The position numbers and the translations under genes are program-made. From an uncultured Nitrososphaerota archaeon (GTDB taxonomy: Archaea; Thermoproteota; Nitrososphaeria; Nitrososphaerales; Gagatemarchaeaceae): DNA of 64,000 nucleotides. Shown piece after piece: positions 19,593 to 29,820 of this stretch. The notes beneath the pieces were generated by a model. The model did not search any database. It saw nothing but the letters and a program-made list of their open reading frames with translations, and was not told the DNA's origin. How positions within the stretch are numbered: the stretch's first letter is position 1; each line of letters opens with the position of its first letter. The stretch is from contig OY969807.1 in NCBI GenBank assembly GCA_963703285.1, positions 256,001 to 320,000 on the forward strand. The letters are read 5' to 3'.

Positions 19593-19982
19593 CTAGTCCT
19601 TCCGGTTGGATATCAGGAACTCGTTCCCATCCGGGTCAGCAAAAACCGCCCGGTGGAAGCTGGCTCCCGTCACCTCGACGAGCGTCGGCTCCACCGTCAC
19701 GGCTCCTCCCCTCCTCTTGATCTCTTCACAAGCGGCCACCGGGTCGGGGCTATAGAAGACGACCCCCGTGACCGTCCCCGGCTCCCTGCCTCCCTCCCCC
19801 GGAGCCATTATGTGCATCGTCAGGAGCGTCGAGGTCTCCGGCAGCGCGAAGACCGCCCGGTTCGCCTTCTCATTGAAGCTCACCTCCTTCAAGCCGAGCA
19901 CCTCCGAGTAGAACTTCCTCGCCTTCTGGATGTCGACGATGTGCAGTGTCACTGCGTGCAGCCCCGCAACTGGATCAGTCAT
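19593..19982 (-). CDS. VOC/glyoxalase family protein
   Basis: V.DIQKARKFYSEVLGL and FADPDGNEF. Confidence 0.9.
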   Translation of the reverse strand: MTDPVAGLHAVTLHIVDIQKARKFYSEVLGLKEVSFNEKANRAVFALPETSTLLTMHIMAPGEGGREPGTVTGVVFYSPDPVAACEEIKRRGGAVTVEPTLVEVTGASFHRAVFADPDGNEFLISNRKD

Positions 19983-20007
19983 GGCAGGACAGCGGACTCG
20001 GTAACTG

Positions 20008-22716
20008 TTAAGGGCTGCGGCTCTGCGGAGTCTGGACGTCGGGGACGGCCGGGCTCTCGGCCTTCTGGCCCCGCTCTAGGAGGAGCAGCATCGAGGGGAA
20101 GTAGAAGATGCGGATAACGAAGGTGTCGATTATCATCGATATCACGAACGCTATCCCAATCTGCTCGAGGAGGCCGAACGGTACGAGCCCCAGGCTCCCG
20201 AGCGATACCGCTAGGATGAGGCCCAGGGCGGTCACCACGGACCCCGAACCGACCATCGCCCTTGCCAGGCCCTCCTCGAACCCGTGCGCAGCCTGCTCCT
20301 CCCTCACGCGGGAGAGTATGAAGACGGCAAAGTCGTTCCCCAGCGACATCAGGATGACGTAGATGATGATGGGAATCAGGAAGACCAGTTCCTCACCGAG
20401 CAGGTACTTCGAGATCGCGTACAGTATCGCCGTCGTCCACGTGATGCTGATGAAGACTCCCGTGAGCGAGATGAATGGATACTTTGCGCTCCTGAACGAG
20501 TAGCCGAGCACGATGGCGATGACCGCGACGATGAGAAGCTCCAGTTCGAGGAAGGCTGAGTTGTAGTAGCCTTGGAGGTCGATGATGCTCGACGTCAGCC
20601 CTCCGACGAGGAACTGGCTGTTTGACCTCAGCTGGTCCACGAGCGAGATGGCGTTGCTCGAGTAGGGGTCGTAGACCGTGAATACGATGAAGTACGCGTA
20701 GGAGCCGTGGTCGAAGACGAACTGCGAATCCAGGTTGCTCGGCTGGATCTTCGTCCCGTTGATTGTCGGACCTATCACCTCCTTGATCCCAGGCGTCGCG
20801 AGGAGGGTCCTCGCGTCCGACTCCAGGGTCGACGTCGCCGCGGAAGTGAGGCCTCCGGCGCCGCCCGTAGCGTTCTCGGGGAAGCTCACGATCACGAACG
20901 TGGGGTAGATCTCGTTGGTGCCGAACTTCTGGTCTACGATGTTCAGCGCCTGAACGCTAGACAGATTCTGGGGCAGGCCCTCGTTGAGGTTGTAGGTGGT
21001 GGGAATCGTGAACCAGAGGAGGGTTGTGGGGACGGCGAGTAGCACGATTACCCCCAGAATCAGGAACTTGCGCCTCTGGGAGAGCCTCGCGATCCTGTAG
21101 AACGACGACCCCTCCACCGACGGCGCCCTCTTCTGCGTCTCCGCCCGCCCGCGCCGCAGCCGAAGTGTTCCGATGGTGAACACCCTCGGCCCGAGGAGGC
21201 TGAGGATGGCTGGCACGAGGGTCGTCTCGAGAAGCACGGTGAGGAGGATCGTGAGCGATAGGACGGGCCCCCAGCTCTCGAGCCCTGAGACCAGGGAGAT
21301 TGCGCCCAGGCTGAGGGCGACGGTGACGCCAGATACGAGAACCGCGAATCCAGCCTTCCTCGTCGCAGTGTTGAGCGCCCCTAAGCTCGATTGGCCCTTC
21401 CTCAGTTCCTCCCTGTACCTCGACAGCATGAAGACGAAGTAGTCCGTCGAGACGCCGAGCACGACCGCGGTCAGGATGTTTGTGACATCATAGTCCACCG
21501 AGCCTATCGCCATCCCCGTCAGCGTGATGGAGACGTATCCCAGCGCAGTCGTCAGGGAGACGACGATGAGCACCAGGACGGGCGGGAGCACCGCCGCGAA
21601 GAGCAGCCCGACGGTGACGGCGAGAAAGACGAAGATGAGGCCGAAGGCGTAGGCTGAGCTCGCCGAGAGCTGGGCCGTGTCCGCGGCCACCGCACCGAGT
21701 CCGGTGACCTCGGAGGTCCCGAAGTACTTCCCGGACAGGGTCCTGACTTCGGCGGTCGCGCTCTGGGCTGGATAGAAGTCATTGGCGCCACGGTAGCTCT
21801 CGGTCACATTGAAGTTGACCGTGACCAGGTACGTCGAGTTGTCGGGGCTGACGTACTGCTGCCTGATGAAGGACGGGGCGCCCAGCAGGCCGTACTTTGT
21901 GAGGTAGTAGTCGCTCGCGTTGTCTCCCGCGACGAGCGAGGCCTGTACGAGGCGCGTCGATATCGGGAACCCTGAAGCGGCCGTCAGGAACGCGGAGACC
22001 GGCGTCAGGACGTCGGAGCGATAGTTCGTCACGTTGTATCCCGCCGTGTAGACCACGGGGAAGATCTCGAAGGGCTGAAGCGGGAAGAATTTCTGGACGG
22101 CGGCCCACGAGGTCGAGTTCTGTACCTTCTCAACGGGGCTCCATGATGGTTCCGTCGAGAATGTCTGGTTGAGGTCCTTCAGGAACAGGGACTCGTAGGC
22201 GCTCCCGTCGTAGGAAGCGCCCGACGCGGCCTGGTTTATGGCCGTTTGAGCATAATCATACTCCGTCCAGTTCCCGAGGAACGCGCTCGGGAACGCGTAA
22301 ACCTGTGCCGCCAGCGTCGAGATGCTCGAGTAGGTGGAGTTTATCCCTTGGACGGTGCTGTTAGTGAAAACCTGCTTGAGGAACTTCTCGAAGCTGGAGA
22401 ACGCCGAGCTGCTGCCCGAGAGGTACGGGATGCGGCTCGAGTTGAGCGCGGCTTGGAATGCGAGCGTCTGGTTCTGTATCTCGGCCTCGGTCTCGGTGCT
22501 GCTCGGCTGGAAGACGACGACGAGGGTGGAGTTCGAGGGCGAGAGCGAGGAGAGCACCTGCTGCGCTCTCGAGGATTCGCTGTTCGCGAGAGACTTGGGG
22601 CTCTCTGAGTAGCTGATGTAATGCCCATAGTTAAGGAGGAGCGGCGTCACCGCGATGAAGGCGATGACCCACAATATGATCACCGTCCTCTTCCGCTGTA
22701 CCACCGTCTCTGACAT
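20008..22716 (-). CDS. MMPL (RND) family transporter
   Basis: Two TM bundles with GVSTDYFVFMLSRYREE and SLGNDFAVFILSRVREE; large external loops. Confidence 0.93.
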   Translation of the reverse strand: MSETVVQRKRTVIILWVIAFIAVTPLLLNYGHYISYSESPKSLANSESSRAQQVLSSLSPSNSTLVVVFQPSSTETEAEIQNQTLAFQAALNSSRIPYLSGSSSAFSSFEKFLKQVFTNSTVQGINSTYSSISTLAAQVYAFPSAFLGNWTEYDYAQTAINQAASGASYDGSAYESLFLKDLNQTFSTEPSWSPVEKVQNSTSWAAVQKFFPLQPFEIFPVVYTAGYNVTNYRSDVLTPVSAFLTAASGFPISTRLVQASLVAGDNASDYYLTKYGLLGAPSFIRQQYVSPDNSTYLVTVNFNVTESYRGANDFYPAQSATAEVRTLSGKYFGTSEVTGLGAVAADTAQLSASSAYAFGLIFVFLAVTVGLLFAAVLPPVLVLIVVSLTTALGYVSITLTGMAIGSVDYDVTNILTAVVLGVSTDYFVFMLSRYREELRKGQSSLGALNTATRKAGFAVLVSGVTVALSLGAISLVSGLESWGPVLSLTILLTVLLETTLVPAILSLLGPRVFTIGTLRLRRGRAETQKRAPSVEGSSFYRIARLSQRRKFLILGVIVLLAVPTTLLWFTIPTTYNLNEGLPQNLSSVQALNIVDQKFGTNEIYPTFVIVSFPENATGGAGGLTSAATSTLESDARTLLATPGIKEVIGPTINGTKIQPSNLDSQFVFDHGSYAYFIVFTVYDPYSSNAISLVDQLRSNSQFLVGGLTSSIIDLQGYYNSAFLELELLIVAVIAIVLGYSFRSAKYPFISLTGVFISITWTTAILYAISKYLLGEELVFLIPIIIYVILMSLGNDFAVFILSRVREEQAAHGFEEGLARAMVGSGSVVTALGLILAVSLGSLGLVPFGLLEQIGIAFVISMIIDTFVIRIFYFPSMLLLLERGQKAESPAVPDVQTPQSRSP

Positions 22717-22921
22717 TCTCAATCCAATTGTCCTGCCTCTTCCCGGGAGGGAAGATTCCCTCTATTCTTCACGAACGCTCGCCGGACGGGCATTGATAAC
22801 CGTTACATCCGACGTGCCGAAACAACCCCGTTTGTCCTCGCTACCCGTTTAGCCGTCCAAGGGCGCCCCGCTTCTTGAGACAACCCTTACATGCAAGTGA
22901 CTCCCCGTCGATCCAGTGGAA

Positions 22922-23113
22922 ATGCTCTGCCAGCTGTGTCACCGTCCCGTTTCCATGGTGGACCAGTCGTGGGCGGACAGGCTGTCGGCCCTAGAGGGAA
23001 GACCGCCCGGCCGCAGGGCTTACGAATGCCACATCTGTGAGGCCCTGATCTTCGAGGATGAGATGCCTGGTGGCGACTTCGCTCCCAAGCAGCCCCGCAG
23101 GTTCTGGAGCTGA
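22922..23113 (+). CDS. Small C4 zinc-finger protein
   Basis: CQLC...YECHIC. Confidence 0.6.
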   Translation: MLCQLCHRPVSMVDQSWADRLSALEGRPPGRRAYECHICEALIFEDEMPGGDFAPKQPRRFWS

Positions 23114-23180
23114 CTGGTTTCGACGGCGTGGGGTTGACACCCCGGTCTCAGCGATTCTGTCTCGAACTCGGCTGCTATGC

Positions 23181-23591
23181 TCACTCGATGGTCGAAAGGA
23201 TGTCGGCGATCTTCTTGCACACGTACTCGGCGATGGATGAGCGCGACATCCTGAGCGCGAGGGACATCTTGTGATCCGGGGCCTCGATCAACACTATCTT
23301 CTGGTTCTTGAATGCACCTATGAGGAACTCCAGCCCGCCGAGCATCCCCGATTCTTGGTCTGCCGCACCGAGTATCAGCTTGGACAGGACCCCCAGCTTC
23401 GGCAGGAGGTCCTCGTCGATGTAGTTGGCCCTGGCCAGCCTCCCCGACCTCCCGATCGCCAGGACCTCCCCGCGGGAGTCCACGACGAGCAGGCTCAGGA
23501 TCGAGGGGTCGCAGTCTACGACCGCTTTCGCTATCCTCCCCGCTAGCTGCTTCCGCGCCGTCTCCTCCGTTTCTCTTGCCCCCTTCTTCAT
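23181..23591 (-). CDS. Roadblock/longin-like small protein
   Basis: ILSLLVVDSRGEVLA...LGGLEFLIGAFKNQKIVLI pattern. Confidence 0.55.
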   Translation of the reverse strand: MKKGARETEETARKQLAGRIAKAVVDCDPSILSLLVVDSRGEVLAIGRSGRLARANYIDEDLLPKLGVLSKLILGAADQESGMLGGLEFLIGAFKNQKIVLIEAPDHKMSLALRMSRSSIAEYVCKKIADILSTIE

Positions 23592-23781
23592 GCGAGGTCG
23601 TCGAGGCCGACGGGACGTATTTGAGAGTTGAGTCGACTTCGTGGGGGCCCTAGGCCGCGGTAACGGAGCGAAGTGAGGCAGGCTGGTCACCTCCATCCCT
23701 CTCAGTGTGCCCGGCGACCGGATTTTCAAACTTGAGAATTGACTAGGCGCATTAAATAGCTTGTTGTAACGCTCGACAACC

Positions 23782-24216
23782 ATGGACCAGCTCGTTGTTG
23801 CCGTCGACGGCTCCCCGCACTCCGTCAAGGTGGTCGACTTCGCCGCCCAGCTGGCAAGGTCGATCCCCGCAACGATAGTGCTGGTGAACGTGATCCCGGA
23901 TCCGAACGTCCCGAGCGGCTACGTGGAGTATACCAAGACCGAGGGGGTGGACCCAGCGGCCTACTACGAGCAGGTCTCTCGGGTGATAGTCGATACCATG
24001 GGCGCTCGCCTCAGGAAGGCTGGTCTGAAGTACGAGGTAGCCGCCAATAGGGGCAACCCCGCAACCTTCATCCTGGAGGTAGCGAAACGGAAGAAGGCGA
24101 GCATGATCATAGTAGGGGTCTTCGGACTGCACCACCTGGGTCGCATCAGGTCTCTCGGCAGCGTCTCGCGCCGCGTGGCTGAGAACTCGACGATTCCTGT
24201 AGTGCTGGTCCCCTAG
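23782..24216 (+). CDS. Universal stress protein (UspA)
   Basis: LVVAVDGSPHS and LGSVSRRVAENSTIPVVLV. Confidence 0.95.
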   Translation: MDQLVVAVDGSPHSVKVVDFAAQLARSIPATIVLVNVIPDPNVPSGYVEYTKTEGVDPAAYYEQVSRVIVDTMGARLRKAGLKYEVAANRGNPATFILEVAKRKKASMIIVGVFGLHHLGRIRSLGSVSRRVAENSTIPVVLVP

Positions 24217-24390
24217 GGAACCCGGAGAGAATCGAGAGTTGACCCACTTGCACCTCCTCAACGCCAGGTGCTCCTCAGGCTCAGGAGCGTCGGGCCCAAG
24301 CCGTCCAGTCGGCGGGACCGGCCTGTCTCCGTTCAATAGTCTTATGAAGCGCCTGCCAAAGCGAAGGTCAAGCCCCCGGAGCAATGTGGT

Positions 24391-26265
24391 TTGGGTCTAG
24401 ACGACGCTTTCAGGACGGACCTTACGCTGCTGCATGCGCCATCTGTCTACGACTTCCGCAAGAAGACGATCATGCAGGGCCCGGTTGCGGACGCTGTGCC
24501 ATCGACCAACGAGTTCGAGATGTATCCCGTCGGCCTAACCAGCATAGCGTCTTACCTCGGGAAGAACCAGTACAACGTCAGGATAATCAACCTCGCCTAC
24601 AGGATGCTCCGGGACCCAGCCTACGACGTGGAGGCGAGGCTCGGAAGGCTCCGTTCGACGGTCTTCGGGATAGACCTCCACTGGCTTCCCCACGCCAACG
24701 GCGCGCTCGCGGTAGCACAGATCGTGAAGAAGCTGCACCCGGAGAGCTACGTCCTGATGGGGGGGCTCTCCTCCAGCTACTACCACGAGGAGCTCATCCG
24801 TTATCCGTTCGTCGACTTCGTCCTCCGGGGCGACTCCACCGAAGAACCATGCCGACAGCTCCTTCACGCGATTCGAGTCGGCGGAAGGCTCGACTCGGTG
24901 GAGAACCTGACCTGGAAGCGTCGCGGCGAGGTCGTCGTCAACCCCCTCACGTTCATCCCCGCCAATCTCGACTACATCGACGTCCCCGACTATCTCTATG
25001 CGATACGGCTTATGCTGAAGTACAGGAGCGTGGAGGACATCTCCCCCTACCTCCGCTGGCTCCAGCACCCGACCACGATGCTGCTCAACTCGCGGGGCTG
25101 CACCCTCGACTGCTCGACGTGCGGTGGGTCCCGCTCAGCATACGAGAGGGTGTGCGAGAGGTCCTGGCCGGCCTTCAGGTCGCCCGAGAAGCTTGCGTCG
25201 GACGCCAAGTCGATTATGACCTTCTCCCGGAGCCCGATAATGCTGATACACGACCCGCGCATCGGGGGGCTCGCACGCGCGCAGCGCCTCTTCGCCCTCC
25301 TGAAGAAGCTGGACATGCCCAACGAGTTCGTATCCGAGCTCTTCTACCCCGCCGGGGACGAGTATTTCCGGATGATCAAGGACAGCGTCCGGCGCTGGTC
25401 GATCGAGGTGACGATAGAGACGGCGGACGAGAAGCTTCGCAAGCAGGACTGCCTCAAGTTTCCGGTGGCCAACGCTAAGATCGAGGAGACAATATCGAGC
25501 GCGCTGTCCAACGGTTGCCGCAAGCTCGACCTGTTCTTCATGGTCGGTATTCCGCACCAGACATACGAGAGCGCGATGGGCACCGTTCCCTACTGCGAGA
25601 GCCTCATCCGTCGCTTCAACGCCGACCCCCGCCTCCAGTTCTTCGTATCTCCGATGGGACCGTTCCTTGACCCCGGGTGCGGGGCTTTCGAGGATCCGAA
25701 GTACGGGTACAGGCACTTCTACCGGACGCTCGAGGATCACAGGCGTGCGCTCCTGCAGCCTTCCTGGAAGTCGATACTCTCCTACGAGACAGACGCGATG
25801 ACCAGGAGTGAGATAATCGCGGGTAGCTACGACGTGGCCGCGGCGCTGAACGATCTCAAGTACGAGCACGGGCTCATCGACGAGGCGACGCACTCGAGGG
25901 TGAGGGACCATCAGGAGACGGCGAGGGTCGCGATAGACGAAATCGAGAGCGCGCTTCTGCTTCCGGAAGGGGATAGGGAGACGGCACTGGCCACGCTTCA
26001 GGAGAAGGTGAGGCGGGCCAACGCCGATACCCTCTTCACAAAGCAGGAGCTGGATTGGGATTCCGACAGCGGATTGAGGGTCAGCGCCGCCCTGGTCAGG
26101 ACCATGGTCTCGGGCTTCATCGCGGAGGTGGACCACGGGATGCACCGTCTGGCAGGTAGCTATGACACGGCGGTCTTCAGGGGAGAGCGAATCCCGCTTC
26201 AGGCCATGACGATGGAGGCTTTCCAGGAGCTCAGCACGGTCAACCAGCCGGGGACTCGAAGCTGA
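24391..26265 (+). CDS. B12-binding radical SAM protein, Ta0216-like (TIGR04190) family
   Basis: LLHAPSVYDFR, FEMYPVG, GIDLHWLPH; CxxxCxxC in RGCTLDCSTCGG. Confidence 0.88.
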   Translation: MGLDDAFRTDLTLLHAPSVYDFRKKTIMQGPVADAVPSTNEFEMYPVGLTSIASYLGKNQYNVRIINLAYRMLRDPAYDVEARLGRLRSTVFGIDLHWLPHANGALAVAQIVKKLHPESYVLMGGLSSSYYHEELIRYPFVDFVLRGDSTEEPCRQLLHAIRVGGRLDSVENLTWKRRGEVVVNPLTFIPANLDYIDVPDYLYAIRLMLKYRSVEDISPYLRWLQHPTTMLLNSRGCTLDCSTCGGSRSAYERVCERSWPAFRSPEKLASDAKSIMTFSRSPIMLIHDPRIGGLARAQRLFALLKKLDMPNEFVSELFYPAGDEYFRMIKDSVRRWSIEVTIETADEKLRKQDCLKFPVANAKIEETISSALSNGCRKLDLFFMVGIPHQTYESAMGTVPYCESLIRRFNADPRLQFFVSPMGPFLDPGCGAFEDPKYGYRHFYRTLEDHRRALLQPSWKSILSYETDAMTRSEIIAGSYDVAAALNDLKYEHGLIDEATHSRVRDHQETARVAIDEIESALLLPEGDRETALATLQEKVRRANADTLFTKQELDWDSDSGLRVSAALVRTMVSGFIAEVDHGMHRLAGSYDTAVFRGERIPLQAMTMEAFQELSTVNQPGTRS

Positions 26266-26296
26266 CGCAGCCGGATTGGTTCTCCGGTGGGAGAGG

Positions 26297-26944
26297 ATGA
26301 CCACCCTCTACAAGAACAGGACAGAAGCGGGCAGGCAGCTCGCGCGTGCACTGGGCTTCCTTGGGGGCGACAGGAGCGTCCTGGTGCTTGCCATCCCAAG
26401 AGGGGGCGTCCCGGTCGCGAGGGAGATTGCGGACTCGGTCGGCGCTCCTCTGGATGTCATCATCGTCCGGAAGATAGGAGCGCCGGGTAACCCCGAACTG
26501 GCCGTCGGCGCCGTGACGCAGGATGGAGACCCCGTCATCGACCGCGAACTCGTGCGGACGCTCCGCGTCCCCGAAGACTACCTGAAACGGGAGGCCGCGA
26601 GCGAGAGCGCCGAGGTGAGAAGGCGACTGGAGGAATACCGAGGAGACCGACCCTACCCACACCTGGACGGGAAGACGGTTGTAATTGTGGACGACGGGGT
26701 GGCCACCGGCTCGACCGTCTTAGCCGCCGTGCAGTCTGCAAAGAGAAGGGGGGCGAGGTCCGTGATGGTCGCGGTTCCCGTGGGCCCCCGAGATACCATC
26801 TCAATGCTGGCGGGGTCGGCCGACCGCGTGGTCTGTCTGAGCACGCCCGATCCCTTCTACGCGATAGGAGAGTTCTACCAGGACTTTTCTCAGGTGGCCG
26901 ACGCGGCCGTGAAGGAAATCCTGGTCGCCTCGTGGCGACCCTGA
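26297..26944 (+). CDS. Phosphoribosyltransferase-family protein
   Basis: AIPRGGVPVA and VVIVDDGVATGST PRPP-binding loop. Confidence 0.92.
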   Translation: MTTLYKNRTEAGRQLARALGFLGGDRSVLVLAIPRGGVPVAREIADSVGAPLDVIIVRKIGAPGNPELAVGAVTQDGDPVIDRELVRTLRVPEDYLKREAASESAEVRRRLEEYRGDRPYPHLDGKTVVIVDDGVATGSTVLAAVQSAKRRGARSVMVAVPVGPRDTISMLAGSADRVVCLSTPDPFYAIGEFYQDFSQVADAAVKEILVASWRP

Positions 26945-26972
26945 TTGCGCAAGTGCTCGCCGCTCCGCGTAG

Positions 26973-27488
26973 CTACCGCTTGTACCCTATCTTCCGGAGG
27001 AACTCTCTTCTCTCCTGCTTGTCGGCCTCCGACTCCACTCCCTTCGACGTCACGCCGTCCACCACGCCCAGGATCCCCCTTCCGTCCTCTGTCTCGCCGA
27101 CTATCGCGGTGACGCTGTTGGATGTCGCGCAGTAGACGCCCGTGACCTCCTCCAGGGCTTTGATCCTGTTCAGGATGTTGATAGGATACGAGTCCTTGAG
27201 GATGACAACAAAGGAGTGGCCCGCCGCGAGGCGGGTGGCGAAGTCGACGGCTGTCCGCACGGAGCCCTCGTCCGTCCCGTCGTACCTGATGAGCGCCTTA
27301 CCCGAGGCCTCGCAGAATCCAATTCCGAACTTCGCTCCCGGCATCGAGGATACCAGCGTCTCGTAAAGGTCCTCGACCGTCTTGATGAAGTGGCTCTGCC
27401 CGACGATGAGCTGGTATCCCTCTGGGACCTCGAGCTTCACCTGCTTTATCTCCATCTTAGTCCGGGGATACGTCGCCCCGCTCTCCAT
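26973..27488 (-). CDS. Adenosine-specific kinase family protein
   Basis: GQSHFIKTVEDL, FCEASG, GRGILGVVDG, FLRKIGYKR. Confidence 0.9.
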   Translation of the reverse strand: MESGATYPRTKMEIKQVKLEVPEGYQLIVGQSHFIKTVEDLYETLVSSMPGAKFGIGFCEASGKALIRYDGTDEGSVRTAVDFATRLAAGHSFVVILKDSYPINILNRIKALEEVTGVYCATSNSVTAIVGETEDGRGILGVVDGVTSKGVESEADKQERREFLRKIGYKR

Positions 27489-27524
27489 TTAAGTCGCTCT
27501 GACAGCGAAATGAGGCGACCTGCC

Positions 27525-28052
27525 CTACCTTACCAGAACCTTGTGCTTGGAGCCCTCCGTGGGAGTCTTCTTGGGGATCCTCACCTCGAGGACTCCGTTG
27601 TTCAGCGTGGCCTCAGCGCTGTTGGCCACGACCTCCTCTGAAAACGTCACCTTTCTCATTATCCTCGAGTTCGCCCCTCCTTCAAGGACGGAGCCCTCCG
27701 TCCCCTCGAGGATGACCGGCTCAGAGACCCTCTCTATCTTGATGTCTTTGTCTGTGACTCCGATGTAGATTTGGTCTTTGGGGACGCCTGGAACCTCGAC
27801 CACCACCCGGTAGTCCTTGCCCGAATCGAAGAGGTCGGCATACTGGCGCCAGTAACTTGACGGGTCCCCTCCCATGCGTTTGGACGGAAACCTCGCCCCT
27901 GCAAATTGCGCCGGTGCCCTGGCAAATAGCCTCGAGAGGCCCTTGAACTTCTGGTCTCGCTCAGCAATGTGACTCGTGGAAGAACTCGACGGGGGGCCGC
28001 TCTCCTCGGCGCCGTGAACCTTCACAGGAACCCGCTTCTCGTTCTCCGACAT
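27525..28052 (-). CDS. Small heat shock protein (Hsp20)
   Basis: VVVEVPGVPKDQI and AEATLNNGVLEVRIPK. Confidence 0.9.
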   Translation of the reverse strand: MSENEKRVPVKVHGAEESGPPSSSSTSHIAERDQKFKGLSRLFARAPAQFAGARFPSKRMGGDPSSYWRQYADLFDSGKDYRVVVEVPGVPKDQIYIGVTDKDIKIERVSEPVILEGTEGSVLEGGANSRIMRKVTFSEEVVANSAEATLNNGVLEVRIPKKTPTEGSKHKVLVR

Positions 28053-28221
28053 TTCCGTCGAATGGATGATTCCATCCGAGACATTTAAGATGAGGAGTCG
28101 ATTCTCAATTGTGATAACGCCGGTGAACCGAGGGGAGTCCTCGACCCTCCTCTTCGGGCGGTTCCCATTTCTGAGAATCGCATCGGGGCTATAAATACCC
28201 ATTGCGGGCTCCGCAACTGTT

Positions 28222-29820
28222 ATGTCAAGAGGATTCAGAGAGCGGGTTACGCACATCGCGATGGCTCTGGCGGTGGTGCTCCTATTCGTGGTTTCTTCCA
28301 CAGCCGTATCCACGGTGTCGGCAGCGCCGACGGCGATAACGGCGCCCCCGGCGACGGTGCCGGTCAACGTGAAGTCCGGGTACTCGGCTTCCCAGTGGAC
28401 GGACGTCACGCCGACGACCGATGCCCTCTCGGGTGTAACCTTCGGAGCGAAGGTGGCCCAGAATGACTCCGGTTGGTACTTCTTCGTAACCTGGCAGTCC
28501 GGCGGCGCGACCTGCGCCGACAGCTCCTGCTATGGAGGGATCGAGCTCAACACGCTGTCCAACACAGGAGCGATGGGCTCGTCGAGCACGCCATCTCTGA
28601 TGATCCTGGCCAGCCAGTCGTTCACTAACACCGTCGGTCACGCGGTCGACGAGTTCATCTCGACCGACGTGGTCACGCCCTCCTCAGTCGAATCGCTGGG
28701 GTCCTACACCACGCAATCCGTCTGCAGCGCGCTCTCCCTGTCCGGAACGACCTACTCCTTCCAGTGCTACCGTCCCTTCAAACTGACCGGTGCGGACCCC
28801 CAGGACCCGACGGCTTCGATGAACGTCGGCTCCACGGTGGAGATAGCCTTCGCGGTCGGTGAGTTCAGCAGCCCCGGCCTGCACAGCGCGGACTCGATGT
28901 CTTCCTACACCCTGACCTTCAGCGGCTCCACCTCGACGACGAGCAGCTCCGGACAGTCCACCACCTCCTCTTCTTCAAGTCAGTCAACAACCTCCACCAC
29001 CTCGACAAGCCAGCAACAGACCACGCAGTCCACGCAGTCCACGCAGTCCACCACCTCCACGCCCGCATCTTCCGCGACAACTATCACCGCCTACAAGTCC
29101 CAGAGCGCCGTCAACGTCAAGTCTCCGTTCCAGAGTTCACAGTGGCAAGACACGGTGACGACGACAGAATCGACCAGCGGCATGAGCGTCGCCTTCAAGG
29201 AGAACAGCACCGGCCTCCTCTTCACGATGAGCTGGCAGACGTCCTCGACAGACTGCTCAGACAGCTACTGCTACGGCGGAATCGAGCTCGGTTCCCTCTC
29301 CAATACACAGGAGATGGGCTCCAGCTCCACGCCCACCCTCATGATACTCGTCAGCCCGTCGTTCACGGGCAACGTGGGCGAGTACATCTCGACCGGGCCG
29401 TTCACCCCGGCCGCCGTCGAGAAGAGCGGGTACGCCACTCAGACGGTCTGCGGGCTGAACTTGTCCGGCACCACCTACACGGCGGTCTGCTACAGGCCCT
29501 TCGTGACCAACAACGGAGACCCGCAGGCGCCAGCGCTCTCAATAGGCTCGACGGTTGAGCTGGGCTTCGCCGTGGGAGAGTTCAACAAGCCTGGCACGCA
29601 CCTTGCGACGACCATGCAGAGCTACGTCCTGACTATCAGCGGAAGCGACATCCCGTCGAACGTCAGCACGAGTCAGACGGCCAGCCAGGTCTCCACTCCG
29701 AGCACCTTCCCAGGTCTCAACACGGAGACGCTCTTCATCGTGATGGCCGGCGCGTGTCTCATCGGAGTCGTCCTCGGCATCGGCGTCTCGGTAAGGGCCA
29801 GGAAGGCCGGGCACCCATGA
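28222..29820 (+). CDS. Secreted, C-terminally anchored protein with two DOMON-like (putative heme b) domains and a Ser/Thr linker
   Basis: Signal peptide; repeat W...C.DS.CYGGIEL..MG...C...CYRPF...AVGEF..PG.H occurs twice; C-terminal TM with basic tail; CTATAAATA box upstream. Confidence 0.7.
   Translation: MSRGFRERVTHIAMALAVVLLFVVSSTAVSTVSAAPTAITAPPATVPVNVKSGYSASQWTDVTPTTDALSGVTFGAKVAQNDSGWYFFVTWQSGGATCADSSCYGGIELNTLSNTGAMGSSSTPSLMILASQSFTNTVGHAVDEFISTDVVTPSSVESLGSYTTQSVCSALSLSGTTYSFQCYRPFKLTGADPQDPTASMNVGSTVEIAFAVGEFSSPGLHSADSMSSYTLTFSGSTSTTSSSGQSTTSSSSSQSTTSTTSTSQQQTTQSTQSTQSTTSTPASSATTITAYKSQSAVNVKSPFQSSQWQDTVTTTESTSGMSVAFKENSTGLLFTMSWQTSSTDCSDSYCYGGIELGSLSNTQEMGSSSTPTLMILVSPSFTGNVGEYISTGPFTPAAVEKSGYATQTVCGLNLSGTTYTAVCYRPFVTNNGDPQAPALSIGSTVELGFAVGEFNKPGTHLATTMQSYVLTISGSDIPSNVSTSQTASQVSTPSTFPGLNTETLFIVMAGACLIGVVLGIGVSVRARKAGHP
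29022..29048 (+). repeat. 9-bp tandem repeat (CACGCAGTC)x3 in the linker
   Basis: Encodes TQS-TQS-TQS. Confidence 0.8.

Noticed and set aside
24216-24391. Cobalamin riboswitch upstream of the B12 radical SAM gene
   Set aside because: No B12-box or conserved core recognisable by eye
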